Assembly (NCBI GenBank): GCA_040954595.2
Contig: CM082592.2
Span: forward strand, 5,231,015 to 5,295,014
Length of the DNA: 64,000 nucleotides
Direction: 5' to 3'
Origin: Balanoglossus misakiensis
Taxonomy: Eukaryota; Animalia; Hemichordata
The position numbers and the translations under genes were made by a program. Below the pieces are notes generated by a model, which saw only the letters and a list, made by a program, of their open reading frames with translations, was not told the DNA's origin and searched no databases. The first letter of the stretch is position 1. Each line of letters starts with the position of its first letter. Shown here piece by piece: positions 39,073 to 52,695 of the stretch.

Positions 39073-42000
39073 ATGTGCGAACCAGGCACGCTCACAGCTT
39101 TACAAAAAGAGTTGATTGCCTCTCTGCTAAACTCCGGCATCAGCAAAGACGAATTAATCAGTGAGATCCAGTGCTTTTCACCGGCAGAAACTACATATGA
39201 CGAGGAAATCGTGAAAGGCGACGATCTGCAAAATGGGAGCCCGATTTCCGAAGCGAACGACGACGAAAGTCACGACGCCGAAGAAAGTTCGTCGGTTGCA
39301 AGTTTGCAAAACCACGACAGCAGAGTCGCAGAAACTTTAGAAAGTGGCAACGAAACCCTCAGCGGGCTCAGTCTGAAAGATCAACTACTACGGTAAGACA
39401 GTGTTGTTTTCTAACGTCTTTTATTACTTCTACGACCCGTGACCTCTGGTTACTCATTACCCCTTTATTTCCTTTAATAAGTCATCGCCAAAATTTTATG
39501 TACTATTAACATAATGTAGTGGAAGTGTAGACCGTTCCTTGGGGCGACAACTTTCTCTGAAACTTTCTTGGTTCCAATCCGACGCCAGACTGGAAGTTCC
39601 CGAACGAAAAAGCAGCTAAAACAACATGGCGCTTACAACACCTGTCGTAGTAACAGGCAGTGTCGCTCCATGGGTGGTAAAGGAGTCTTGTGCACGAAGC
39701 AAAAGGTGTAAATGTGCGCCATAAACCAGCACCTAAACACCCAGTTTCACACTTGTGTTCGAACGCCTTTCTTTCCAGCAACCTGAAGGTAGATGTTCAT
39801 TTGTTTGCGCGCTTGCGACGTTCTTTTGTTGAACAAAAAGTATCAGTTTTCAATGATTTTTTTGTGTGTGTGCGGCTGGAGTATAAATTTACACAGACGT
39901 AATCGCTTCTTGTTGAAGTATCTTTTTTTGTGTGTGTAAAGCGAATGCGTTTGTTGAAATGCGTATATACATCTTGGCAATCGACATGCGACACATCCCC
40001 CGCAGTATGACTCGGTCTTTCCGTACCAGGCGCGCGGGGCACTTTTTTGGAGAGAATTTTTGCCGCGCCAGGTACGACCTAGCGCAGCTGCACAACGTAA
40101 GAGATGAGCAAATAGATAACATATCGACATAATTGGGTCTCCACGCAGCTAGGAGAAAAACAACCCGCGAAAGAAGGCTCCAAAACGCGCCTTAAATTTG
40201 CTTCACCACGTCTTAGAAAAGTTTCTCAGAACGTCTGGGCGACAGTTGTAAATTAATTGAACGGGTTGAATAACAACAGAATCAAGACCAGAAATGGCTA
40301 ATATGTAATCCTGATTTACTGTGTTTGGGTAGATTATTTCACTGGGTCTACATTAATTACTCACCAAACATTGTCAAAATTTCACGTTATTGTCAAACTT
40401 CAACGCTGTCAATATCTGCGCTGATCTTAACAGGTTACTTAATATGGGGTTAATACAAGTCCCAACCTTCGTCCCGGGAAAATTTAAAATAAAAAGATAG
40501 AAAAACTTGAGAAGTAAAACAGAAAATTGAGACGTGAACTTTGGACAGTTTCAGTTTGCCAAGTCAAAACGAATTAGCATCTAAACGAGTCAACAACATG
40601 GTGGTTAGATAACAGTGGTCAGAAATTTTGAAGATTTCAGATCAGATGGTACAAAATTCCACTTTTTGTGTATCTATTCAACAAAAAACACAAGAAAAAT
40701 TGCCAGTTCAAGATTTCCCCGCTCACTTCCCATTCTCGATTCCCAAGTCTTGCTTGTATTTCTGATTTGCTGAGAAGAGCAAATGAACAAAAAAAAATCT
40801 AATCTGTAAATCTGATCAGCACATGTAGCCTTGTTGCTCATCACAGCAACACTCAAGTCAGGGCTTGCCCACTTGGAGTGAATTTTGGATCAGAGAAATG
40901 GACGATAATTTGTTCTTTAAAAAAGGTCCTAAAAAATGAAGCAATAAACATAAAACCTTAAAAAAATTGACTTTTTTTCAGGATTTTTTGAAAGCCATTA
41001 TTATTACATGTATGTTAAATCTTGGAGCCTTTGAAACATGGCTCATGAATATCAACCATCTTGTTTTCAAATTTGTGGGGAAAAAGTACAATATAGATAA
41101 AAAAAAAGATTATTTTATGAAACATTTTAATGCCAGCTAGTGTGGTCTAGAAAAAGAAATAGTTGGAAGAGTCTGATAAAATCTTGTGGTTCATATTTAG
41201 GGGATGTGTCAGGGTAATTGTGAAAAATAAACTGCATAGTTACGAACAATCACTTGCTTGATGAGTCAAAATGTAAACAAATGTAACAGAAATTGAGTTA
41301 TTGTAGGCAGAATCATGAAAAAACGTAAATGTTGTCCGCCTAATGAAAAACAAAATCATGCTTGAAGATGTTAAAAGAAAAAGTTTACAAGGGAAAATTT
41401 CTCTTGACTTCCATTCCAAATAAAAGTTGATTTATGTGAAATCACCTTGGGGCACTATTGAGAGAGTTGATTTTCTGTGAAAAGAGAGAACTTCACAAGG
41501 GTTGAGGTATTTATTCTGTCACGGATCAAATGAAAGACTATTTTGGCAGTCAACAAACTTGAAAATGACCAGGTGTTTAGACACGCACTGAACATCTGAC
41601 TGATGTAACAATACAAGTTTACTTTTGTCCCCGTGGCCTAAAACGTCCATCTCATCAATCACAACGTGGGACACTTCAAACCGACGCGTCTTTAGTTGCT
41701 TAGCGCTGATGCGAGCTGCTTAATTTATCCAGTGGAGAGAGAGAGAAAAAAAAGCAGAATAGGACGGTCAACATCATTAAAAGTGCACAAAATTCATCAC
41801 TGTGCGGTTTAATTGTCCGCGTACTTGTACGTGCAAATTTACATTACGTATCCTTGGCCTAAAGAAAAAAGTGCCACTCCCGATCCCGCCCGGACAACAA
41901 GAGGACAACACATGATGTTTCATTTTGGCATGACGCATTTTTTAAAAAAAAGGATGCTATGCTTCTGTGTGGTTTTTTTTTTTTGGGGGGGGGAGGGGCG

Positions 42001-45000
42001 AAAAGACGAGTTGATACAACTTTAGAAAGAGCAGAGCGACAGAGGAATTTCGAAGATAGCTCATCACTGGCACGAACGCGCCAGATTGACCCGATTGATC
42101 AGCGACATCCGCGGTAATAAATGCACCGCAGGTTCGCCTAGGTGACTGGTACTGGGTGGAATTACCGCAGACTGATATCATTGTAAATTACCCTGTCAGT
42201 TTGCACTGGGTGTCACCGAGTCAAAATATACAGCCTCGCTTGTTTGCTTTGTCCTGTTACCAACTTACAGCATTGGAGCAAAAATTCAACCCGTGGTTGA
42301 AACCTAACAGAGGGGCTTTCAATTTTTATCGCAATCCTCACTTATATATAACTGTACAATTTGTTTGAATCAGTGGTTAATTTTTATGCGGAATTCATTA
42401 AATATCAAAAGGCACAGTTACGCTAAATAATTTAAATGTTATCAATATTGCACTAGCATATTCACAAAATGGATATTTGTTACTGGAATATAAATCGGAC
42501 AGAAAAATCTGACATAAAAAAGAAAGGGACAATTATTAGAAACAGATAAAAAAGAAAAGGGATAAAAACCTCTTAGAGGGACAACAGAACATCTACTACT
42601 ACAGGAAGTACAGTTTCAGTGGCCTATATAATTAATGACATTAGCATTCAAATGAAAATGTACACAACTCATTTCAAATAGGACAGAAAATATAGGTTGG
42701 AAAAAATGCAATTTTGTAGTTGTCCAAGTGTTGTTGATCAAATCAGACATTTCCTACATAGTATTGATGAACTTAATGTATGATTTTAAATTTTGCCTAT
42801 TTGGCAGAATGATTCTTTGTTTTGGATATGATTGGGAACATTTACATCATTGTGGTGACCGACAACCTAAAATGCCTGTCGCCGCACTGTGTGTGGTGTG
42901 CTCAGTTCATGAAGTATTTACACCATCATGCCATTTTGCTCGATGATGTCATCCGCTAACTGGAAAACCGCTGTTTTTAATTCTGAGAGTCTACTATAAA
43001 GCCATAAATATAAACAACACTGACCAAACAAAATGAAAAAATAATTTTTTTTTTGTTTCTGCCATAATGTTCAACCACTACAACTGCCTTCAACCAACCC
43101 CGATTTATCCACCAATAGAAACGCCCGTCTTTCTCAGCACAAACAGCATTCGAAATGAAAGCCGTGCTTTCATTGGACAGCGATCTGCCTTCACAGTCAC
43201 CTGTTCACTGGTTTCAACACAGGGCCACAAATTATATTTTTGTTACACTCAGGACAAGAGCCTTGGTAATAAAATCATAAGTTGTTTTGTTCTGATATAT
43301 ACAGTACAGGCACGCTGACGTGACAGTGATCGGAAATTTATTACTGTGTCCAGGGTAAACACCAATGACCATAACCAAAGAGTTAGACAAAGAGAGAGAC
43401 GTGTCCCTCGAATTGCTTTCCGGTTCCAGTTCTGGTTTTCTGAAATTTGACATGTTGTTGAAATGTTTACGACACGTTTAGCATTTCGCACGTCAGTTGT
43501 CCGACATTTTTTTCAAGTTCAGATCACACACAGTGACATACCACGTTCTGAACAGGGTCTCTTTCATCATGTCCAAACTCTCAGACTCGCTGTGGTGACT
43601 TTTCTGAGGAGCTCATTTTTGGCAGGAAACAGCATGGAGAAACAAGAACCGCATTCATGGTTGTGTGTGCTCTCAAAATTTCTCTGACTTCACCTACATG
43701 AACCTAAAACCTATTTTAATATTTTTAGTGTAAATTCCAACAGAGTATAAAACTTATTACAGCCTTCGCCACTTGTTGGTGTCAAAATTCACAACGGAAA
43801 GAAAACATTTTCAGGCATAAATTTCGATCGTTTCCATTTCTCATTAAATAATTATCAGTAACATACAAGCCACAATGAATTGAATTAATCGATTTCTGTA
43901 AAATCTCTAAATTATCACTCGCCAGAAATTAAAAAAATATGGGCACAAAATTTGGCGGGAAGTGTTATTTAGTCTATATCTTCAGTTGACCAGTCCCTGC
44001 AAGATTTTTTTTTCTACTAAAGTATATTAATTTATCATGCCTTGCCTAATTTGAAGGTTGCCTCTATTTATCTTCTGGTGATCTACCGTAGAGTTACTTT
44101 GGCATTTTGTGGCGATTTTTGCTGCCGACCCGTTTGGCATCCCAAGGTTGCAGGTCACACTGATAGGAGGGATGACACCAAATCAAAGGTTGATATGAAA
44201 ACATAGGCTTGGCCAAAGAGATTATATGCCAGATAAAAAAGGATGGGAGAAATTTTCAAACAAAAGCCATCTTTAAAGTTTACACATTGTAAAAATAAGA
44301 TGCAACGCCAAAGCGAAAATGTACTGTTTTAGATGTGCCATTCATGCCTGTCGGAGAATGCAGGTCATTTGTTAATACTACACCAATTTTTACACCTCTC
44401 ACTAGACGTCACATCAATAACACTCTATAAAATTTAATGTTTAAGGATCACCGGTGCTCACAGTTGGTCTGGGTAATAATGCAACACTATGGTGGTCCGG
44501 AGTCCCCTTGCTAAAAGTCGCGGTTCCTTCCTTGTTTTTACATTAAACCCCAACCACTGAAGGTTAGCAAGGACAGGGGTATTTCACATCCAGGACACAT
44601 GTCAGAAAAAATAGCGACGTTTCAGGCACAGACTGATGTCTCGCACAATAAACGTTCAAATTTCTGTTTGACCAGTGATAAATCTGTCTCAGCTGTCAGG
44701 ACTGACATTTCGCAAGCAATTCTCGTGTTTTGGTTTCAGTCACTCGACTGCAGAATTGCTGTCAACATTTGAACTCATAGACCGATAGACTTCAGATATC
44801 TTGTGGGATTAATTATGCCGTGATAAAATAAACAAATTTCAGCAAAATTTGTCCTGAGTTGACATGAGTGGAGTGAAGCAAACATTTGAAATATTGCAAA
44901 AGAAAAATATGGTTATTTCTAACCATATCAGTGTCACTAAAACGACGTCTATAACCATTGTTGGCGTCAGAATCTGGACTACATGTACCATGCTCCACAT

Positions 45001-48000
45001 TTGTGCAGTAATGAGTTTGTCTTTTGCATTTTGATAATGGCTCTGCTTTATATGTGTACATAACATAATTTTCTGTGTGGCAGTGTTTCCACAGAGATAT
45101 TAAAATTGATTTAAAAATGCCCTCTCCCAATTGCGCCATATGTTTGTGCTTCCACAATTTAATTTGGTGAAATATCTGATATAAGAATTGTCCCGATAGC
45201 GTTGTTTTGAAGTACTGATTTTCTCTCTCTCTTCGTAAACCAGTTGGTGCCAACTATGATCCACGGCTGTGTTCCATACAAGTGTCAACATAGGTCTCTA
45301 CATTGTGGGCAATTTTACAACATTTTGTCATTCTGAATTCTGTTTACCGAGTTTGGCAATAAAAAACCTGGAGTGGACACTTTTATTTTCCCCTTTTCTT
45401 TTAACCATTGAAATCAGCGTTCACAAATGTAACTGTAAAGCATGTTAACCCGCTTTTGAAGGAAACTTCCGATCGACCATCCAACTGGACCTGAAGTGGC
45501 ATGGTCATGAGAAATGACCCCTTCCTTGGGTTCTTTTTTAGTAACACTTTTCACTTTGGACAGAATTACATTTGACCATCTGGGAACACTGATCCATTCA
45601 CAATTGATGACTGAAAAAAATAAATTTGCTTTTTTGTGTGATTCAGAGCGGACCCATGGAAAGTGGCCAAAATGATCAAGACGTACATGCAGCAACACAA
45701 CATCCCGCAGAGGGAAGTGGTGGACGTGACCGGACTGAACCAAAGTCATCTCTCCCAGCATCTCAACAAGGGCACACCCATGAAGAATGTCAAGAGGGCC
45801 CAGCTGTACGGCTGGTTCGAGAAGAAGCAGCACGAAATCATGAATCGTGAGTATACCTATATTTTGCTTTCACCACCGTGGTTCAGTCCAAACCCATCGT
45901 TTTCTATGGCAGGGTTGGACCTCTGAAGAGGGAACTGGGGGTGAAAGGGTTAAACCCGAGTACAGGTGCAACATAGCTTTGAAATAAAACCATGGTACAT
46001 GTACTTGGAAATGTACTGTATGATCAATTGGATATGTTCTTTTTCTTGTAACCATCAGCTTTTTAAAAACTAACCCCCGGGGTTTTATGCATGGTTTTGG
46101 CGTTTTTCACTGCAAGATCTAACCCAAGATACAGAACCACTAAAAACAAGTGTCGGGCCAAAAGTCTTGTGTTGAAAAGGGTTGTAAAATTGCTTTCTTC
46201 CACCACCACTACCACGGACAGTAGAAATGAGATCTCGCAATCTCGAGATCTCTACTGTCTACGGCTTCATCCACATGTTCTCCAGCAGGGATACTTGAAA
46301 AGTGCCAACTTTACACCTGCCAGAAGTGGCTAGGGGTGACTCCACTGTCACCATGGTAATAACAGACTGTATGGCTTCAGCTGGTCTCACTTGTAGCCTG
46401 TTCAGATTATACTTGTTTTTACAGACGACTTGTCAAATACATGTACTAATAGAAGTGCATTTTAATCAGATTTGTCTCTCCAAGTAAATCCTAAGAGATT
46501 TGCCAAAAAGTGGGATTTCTGAAAAACACTCAAACATTAATGTTCACCAAAGTTTGTTTATTGTTTTTTTAAGTGACTGCGTAGTGCCTGTGAAATATTT
46601 TGATTTTTCATCTCCACCAAGAATCCCACACCCCAAATTTTCCCATGGCATGAGCAATTTTGTCAATGTTTGATTAAAAGATCTGCCATGTTTGAACTAG
46701 AAGTTGTGCTCCCTTCTCCCAACAGTCTCACTATCCTTTGGCACAGTTCAATCATGTAACAATTTCTGTTTCAATATTGTTTAATATCCACATAATTGAG
46801 ATTGGTCTGGAGACAATCTTGCGCCTTAGCAACACCCAGTAATCCCTTCTCCTGGTTCTTGGTAACAAGAGGATGGTGTTTGCTCTCCGCTTTATCCCTC
46901 CAAAATCTCTCTGTTGCAACTTTCTCCAACACAATAGAGATGTTTGCGGCTGATAACAAGATTAGTGTCTGCCCATGTTTGGTTTTGAATGCCAGTGAAA
47001 ACAATACCTGGCTCTCCGCTTTTGTGTGGATTTTAACTTTAGCTGATTTCGCTGATTAAATTGCTTGATTAGTGGGATTAGAGGCATTTTCATGGAAGAA
47101 AGAGCAGGTGTGCCATTGAAATATGTTGTCCCACAAGTCTGCTTGGGCAGGAATGGCCCAGTGTCATGTGTTGGTGAATTGTTGTCTCCACTGCGGTCTT
47201 GGGTAGGGGACTTGCTGAACCACGGTCTAACAACTGGCTTTGTCCTTCAAGAGCAGTTTTTTTTGCAACATCGAAACTAAATCATTTAAGTTCTTAGTTT
47301 TGTCATAGACAGTCTATCTCTATGGTTTTGCCAACATGGAAAAATACCATGAACTAGAATATTCGAGAAATTTGAGATTTCACAGTCAATGTGTCGTATG
47401 GTACTGACAAACCTCGGCAGAGATAACATATTGCATCTCTGATAATTTAAAGTGGATAAATAATTTCTATGCAGCAGACATTGACGCCAAAATCTGTTTA
47501 CATCATTTCATATAATAGCTGACGTAAAAAAAATCACAATGCCTTTTCATGATGGGCATATTTTTTTTCAACATTTCACATATCTGCTTGCTCTGATTAC
47601 AACCTCATATTTTGTCCTCAATTGAAGCGTATTACAGTATGATAAATTAGAACAGGTACGCCTATGCCTACTTAGAGTTGATTTCATCGCATTCCCTGGG
47701 AGAATAGAAAGTGATTTTCCATCAAGTAGGTCCCTGAATCAACAGGTGGTCGGGTTGGGAAAATTGCACTGTGACTGAAATCATTTGAATTATGGCACAT
47801 TCCTTGTTTGTTAGCCGCTGTGCGACAACCCTGCCCTCTAAAAGCATGATTATCTTTCCCCGAAAGCAGCGAGTCAATTTGCATATTTCTAGAAATATCT
47901 TTACTTTTACCCTTTCAACGCCATAGCCAACTTGACGCCATCGTCCTTCAAAAAATGAAACCTTTGTAAATTTTTCAACATTTTTACCCAGATTTTGATT

Positions 48001-51000
48001 AGGAAATGAAGACAATGGAAATTTATTAACACTCTGTCTAAAAATTAGAGAAAAAATAGAGAAAAATGGGCGAAAATATTAAAATGTTGCACCACATGTT
48101 GACAGAAAATATGGCATTCAACGGGTTAACCCTGTACATGTAAGATGGAGAATTTTCTTGGGTCGCCAACTGACATGCACATGTACATGTAACTGGTACA
48201 ACATATATCATTTCTAACAGTAAATGGAGGGAAAAAAATAGTATTTTTTTCATGATTTGCCTGGCAAAAAACATATCCTATTTCGTATATCCTGCTCGCA
48301 AACAGGAGAAGTACAGTCATGATTTATAATACCATCACTTTGGAAATACCAGTCATTCTGGGCGTGTACATATGGCTTCCTTGTTTGCGGTTTGTGTTCA
48401 CCCACTTGTCTACATAGTAATTCCCGAAAAGCTGATGTAATGGCTAAGATACATGTGACTCATCAAGCCAGGAAGGGTGGGTGGGTTTGGCATGAACTTA
48501 CAAATTCTAAAAAAATCGTAGTGCCAGGTACAGACTTGGACACGGCAAAAGCAAATGTGTTAGCTTGGTCATTTATAATACATTATGGAAACTTTTATCC
48601 CAGCCTCTATTGAACTCACAAGACTGAATTTTTGTACAAAATTTTTTTTTCTTCATTAAACTGCAGAAAAGTTACAATTGTTGTTAATTAAATTTGCACC
48701 TATTCTAGCTTTATACAAAGGTTAGATTGACTTGTATTACTTGGCTAGCAACACATTGCTATGGTGATTAAACCAAGTCTCACGAGCTCTCGCAACGAGC
48801 AGAAAATCGTTTATTACCGAGTATTAAAGGTGCTAACGCCCGCGCAGATTTTTTGAACTTCACAGATTTTGCCCAGGTGGAGAACAACAACGAGGAAGGG
48901 GAAACCCCCAGCAAGAGGATGAGGAGGAACCGTTTCAAGTGGGGACCCGCATCACAGACCATCCTGTACAGGGCATACCAACACAACAGAAACCCGAGCA
49001 AGGAGGAGAGAGAGACACTGGTCGTGGAGTGCAATGCGTAAGTACGATCAAAAATTGGACTTGGCAATTTCCGTGATAACTGTTGAGATTTTACATCCTG
49101 GTGCAGGTACTAGCACAACATAGACAGTGTTTTTGGAAGGGGATCGAGTCCCCTGCTCAAGAAAACACTGTGTGATTAGCAGATACGCCACCTTTTAAAG
49201 CATTGTGAATCAGCTTTCAATTTTCAAATTTGCAATTTTCTTGGCTTCAAAGCAGAGAACTGTGAACGTTTACAGACAGCACAACAATAAAAGTACCTGG
49301 ATGTAAAGGTCATACAAAGGTCACGCAAGTGGCCACTTGGAGTGGAGAGAGGCACAAATAAAAGTTATTTCCATAAGCAAACACGGACCATGCTTATTGC
49401 TAGTGTGTAAATGCGTGTGCTTGTTTGTACTGCTAACCACAGGATTGCTCCAATCTACACCTGGCAGTAAAGCAATTGCAAATGTACTTGTTTACATGGT
49501 ACAAGCCGAACTTTTCACCTAGACCGTAGTACCTCTTTTAAGAGATCAAAGAAAGAAATTGGGTATACATGTATATAAAAATGAAAATAATCATTGAAAT
49601 AACCTTTAAAAAAGTATGACAACTGGTCAACTAACACCACTGATATGATGTCGATTTCAGAGCTGAGTGTCGTCAAAGAGGTGTCTCACCGTCGCAGTGT
49701 GCAGGGCTAGGCTCCAATCTCGTCACCGAAGTACGTGTATACAACTGGTTTGCTAACAGGAGGAAAGAAGAAGCATTCAAAAACAAACTTGCCATGGAGA
49801 ACAACATGAATTATCAACTTTCAAACTCATCACCAGGTTTGTATAGAAAAGATTTTGTTACACTTGTTATGTGCGAGGAATTATTACTACCGGTAATATT
49901 AGAAATATTTTGGGGCGTGTTCTTTGAGTTGTAAAATCTGGGCATAAGGATTGATGGTTTGATTTGTTCTTACGAATTTTCACATTTTGGGTGATATTTT
50001 CATGAGGTGCCCACATTTTAACACATATTTAGCTAATTTCAGTAAAAAGACATTTAAACTAAAATGGTTGAAAGGCATAACACTGGTTGAACATGCATGT
50101 ATATTTGAAGTCATAACATTTTTATTTTATATAACCATGATTGTTTCTACATTAAATCAGTAATGTCATGGATTTTTTTAAAGACTAATTTAAAATTAAA
50201 CAATCAGAATGGTGGTACAGATGAAATATGCATACATGCAAATAGAAATTAACATACATTAAAATATCTGGGTGTTTATGCTCATGAGTTGTATCATTAG
50301 TCATCTTATGAAAAGGATAGAGTTCATAAATTTTTTGACATGAATTTTTTCACATTCAACCCCAAAATTGTTGCATTTCACTGCATGTTAAAAGTAACTG
50401 TCATTATTACCATTATCGTCATTTGTCTTTTGTGAAGATTGTAATCTTCACGATGACGTTTCAGGCCTGGAGCAGATCCAGACGGCCACGGCGACGGCCG
50501 AGAACGGCAACACAGTCAACGTGCTGGTCGGAGGAGGGCAGCAGAGCCAGGTGGCGGCCATGATGGAGAATGCAGCCATCACCTCGCTGGCCAGTCTTGA
50601 CGCCAGCAATTTGCAGTTGTTGAACGCGGTTAAAAACACAGTTGGAGTGACTGTCACGTCACCCTCGATGGTAGGTTTATATTATTGTCAGAAGGCAAAT
50701 TTTGGAACAAGTCAACAGCCCTCAAAATGGGATTGAAAATATCATCGATATCACTATTTTGAAACACACTGCCTTGAAACAATCTGGTTACAATGATTTC
50801 AGCAGTTGTAATATGTGGTGATGCAGCGATAAACTGATGGATTTAGAAAAATGCAAAAAACCATGAATTTGAGACACCAACAACAAAAATATACGAGACT
50901 ATGTGTGTGATGCAAATAATATGCATAATGGCATTATCATTGTTGTGGGCATGCTCAAGTCACAAGTTGACACCTGGCAGCTAGGTAAAATGTCTCAAGG

Positions 51001-52695
51001 ACTGCGTAACCGGTGAAATATCACTGCTTGATCGCAACGTCTGTGCCAGTCAACATGATACCGCTTATGTCCTGTGAGATTCCTGTGTGGCTTGCGACTG
51101 GACGATCAAAATTAAGTGACAGCTAGCTATATAGTGCAGTGATTTCACTCGGTCGTCTTTTTTGCCTTTACAGAGCCACAGCAGCAAGCTACCACCGGTC
51201 AGCACGCTCTCCAACAGTTACAACTCACAGCACAGCATGCAACAACAACAACAAGCACACGCCTTACAACAACAACAACAACAACAGAGTACGCAACAAC
51301 AACAGCAACAGAGCCTCTCGCAAAACACCAGCTCCCACCACTCGGTCATGCTGACCCCGCCCTCGCCGTCCGCCGCCAACCAGCGGATGCAGTCGCAGAC
51401 GACGGCGCAGATGATGATGAACCTGCAGCACCAGCAGCAACACCAGCAGCAGTTGTTGCTGCAGCACAATTACATCCAACTCGCCAATGCAGGTGAGCGG
51501 TCAGGTTATGGACTGTAAATACAATGCGCAGAGGCGTGGCATTGAAGAGGTGTTATAACTATGGCTGTTACTCATATACAGGCTTTGATGAGAAACTAAA
51601 GACTGAACACCATCAAGCTGTCCAGCGTAGAACAAACAAAAAAAACAGTTTACATTTTGGAGAAAAATACTGAAAAAATAGCCAAAAAAGCTTGAGTTAT
51701 TGGGGCTTATTAACCCTTTCACCACAGTGGTTTGGTCCAAGTCTATTGTTTTCTATGGTAAACCTGGACCTCTGTAGAGGCAACTGGGGATGAAAGGGTT
51801 AATTAAGTGACCGTACGCGACACCGGTGACTGTTCATGCTGCAAACTGAAATGTTGAATTTCAGGTCTTACTGGAGGACAGCCGCAACAGCCGCACCAAC
51901 AAGCACCCAAACACTTACAGCATGTTGCCATGGCGCTCTCCTCCCAACAGCAACAGCAGCTGCAACAAATCCATGTCTCTCAGTCCTCTCCCATCGCCTT
52001 GACAACAATCCCCATGAGACTGGACGGTCTCAATTTATCCAAAAATCAAGTGCTGTCCAATAATAACAGTGGCGAGATCAAGGAGGAGACATCTAATACC
52101 GCGAATGGTATGTACTTTTCACCATAACAATACACCCTTTCCCCCCCGCCCGCCATGTTCATGATTTTGTTTGTTTCACATGCCCAGACATCGCAAGCAC
52201 TGCCGAATCCCGTGAACACAAGAATAGCTTTTACCAGCTTTGGATGGAAGCCGGGAGCTGAGTGCAAGAGACATTGTAAGAATTTTTTTGACTTTGGAGC
52301 TGCATGTTTATTTTTTTTATTTTTACGGAGAAAGATTTCACATTTTATTTTATTTTATTTTTATTTATTTCTTCCCTCATTTCGTCATCCTCATAAATTT
52401 ACACTTAGATTAATCCACCCTGCTCAAAACCTTCAGGAAACTTCCCCTTTTTTTCTCTTGAGCTAGGACCACCCCTATACCCCCCTCCCCTCCCCTACTA
52501 ATCCAATCACCTATCCACGTGATTTTGATGGCCTCTTGTCTCGCTGCAGGTAACTACCAGACCCTGACCTTCATGCAGATAACAGCCGACGACAAGAACA
52601 GCCAACAGTCTCAAGGTCAAGGTGAAGACGACCCCACCAGTAACAGAACGCTAGAAGGGTACAACGTGGCCACAGAAGTTCAGACGTCAATGTAG
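39073..52695 (+). CDS. HNF1: Hepatocyte nuclear factor 1 homeobox protein (likely pro-orthologue of HNF1A/HNF1B)
   Basis: Exons: 39073-39392 ([23 protein letters not shown], dimerization domain), 45647-45846 ([48 protein letters not shown]-like), 48866-49037 ([15 protein letters not shown]), 49661-49836 ([23 protein letters not shown], atypical homeodomain), 50438 (or 50465)-50670, 51174-51492 (LPPVSTL, polyQ), 51865-52107, 52550-52695 (TAG). C-terminal exon borders are less certain. Confidence 0.95.
45867..45953. mobile_element. piggyBac-like MITE copy, left end eroded
   Basis: CTTTCACCACCGTGGTT...GTTTTCTATGG...GGACCTCTG...GGGGTGAAAGGGTTAA is collinear with 51710-51802. It starts about 20 nt after the HNF1 exon 2 donor. 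Confidence 0.75.
51710..51802. mobile_element. ~90-bp piggyBac-like MITE, complete copy
   Basis: TTAA-CCCTTTCA...TGAAAGGG-TTAA: TTAA duplication with CCC/GGG termini. Homologous to copies at 17787, 24004 and 45867. Confidence 0.8.

Noticed and set aside
44813-45253. 146-aa minus-strand ORF in HNF1 intron 1
   Set aside because: No recognisable domain or splice context; compatible with chance or a repeat fragment.
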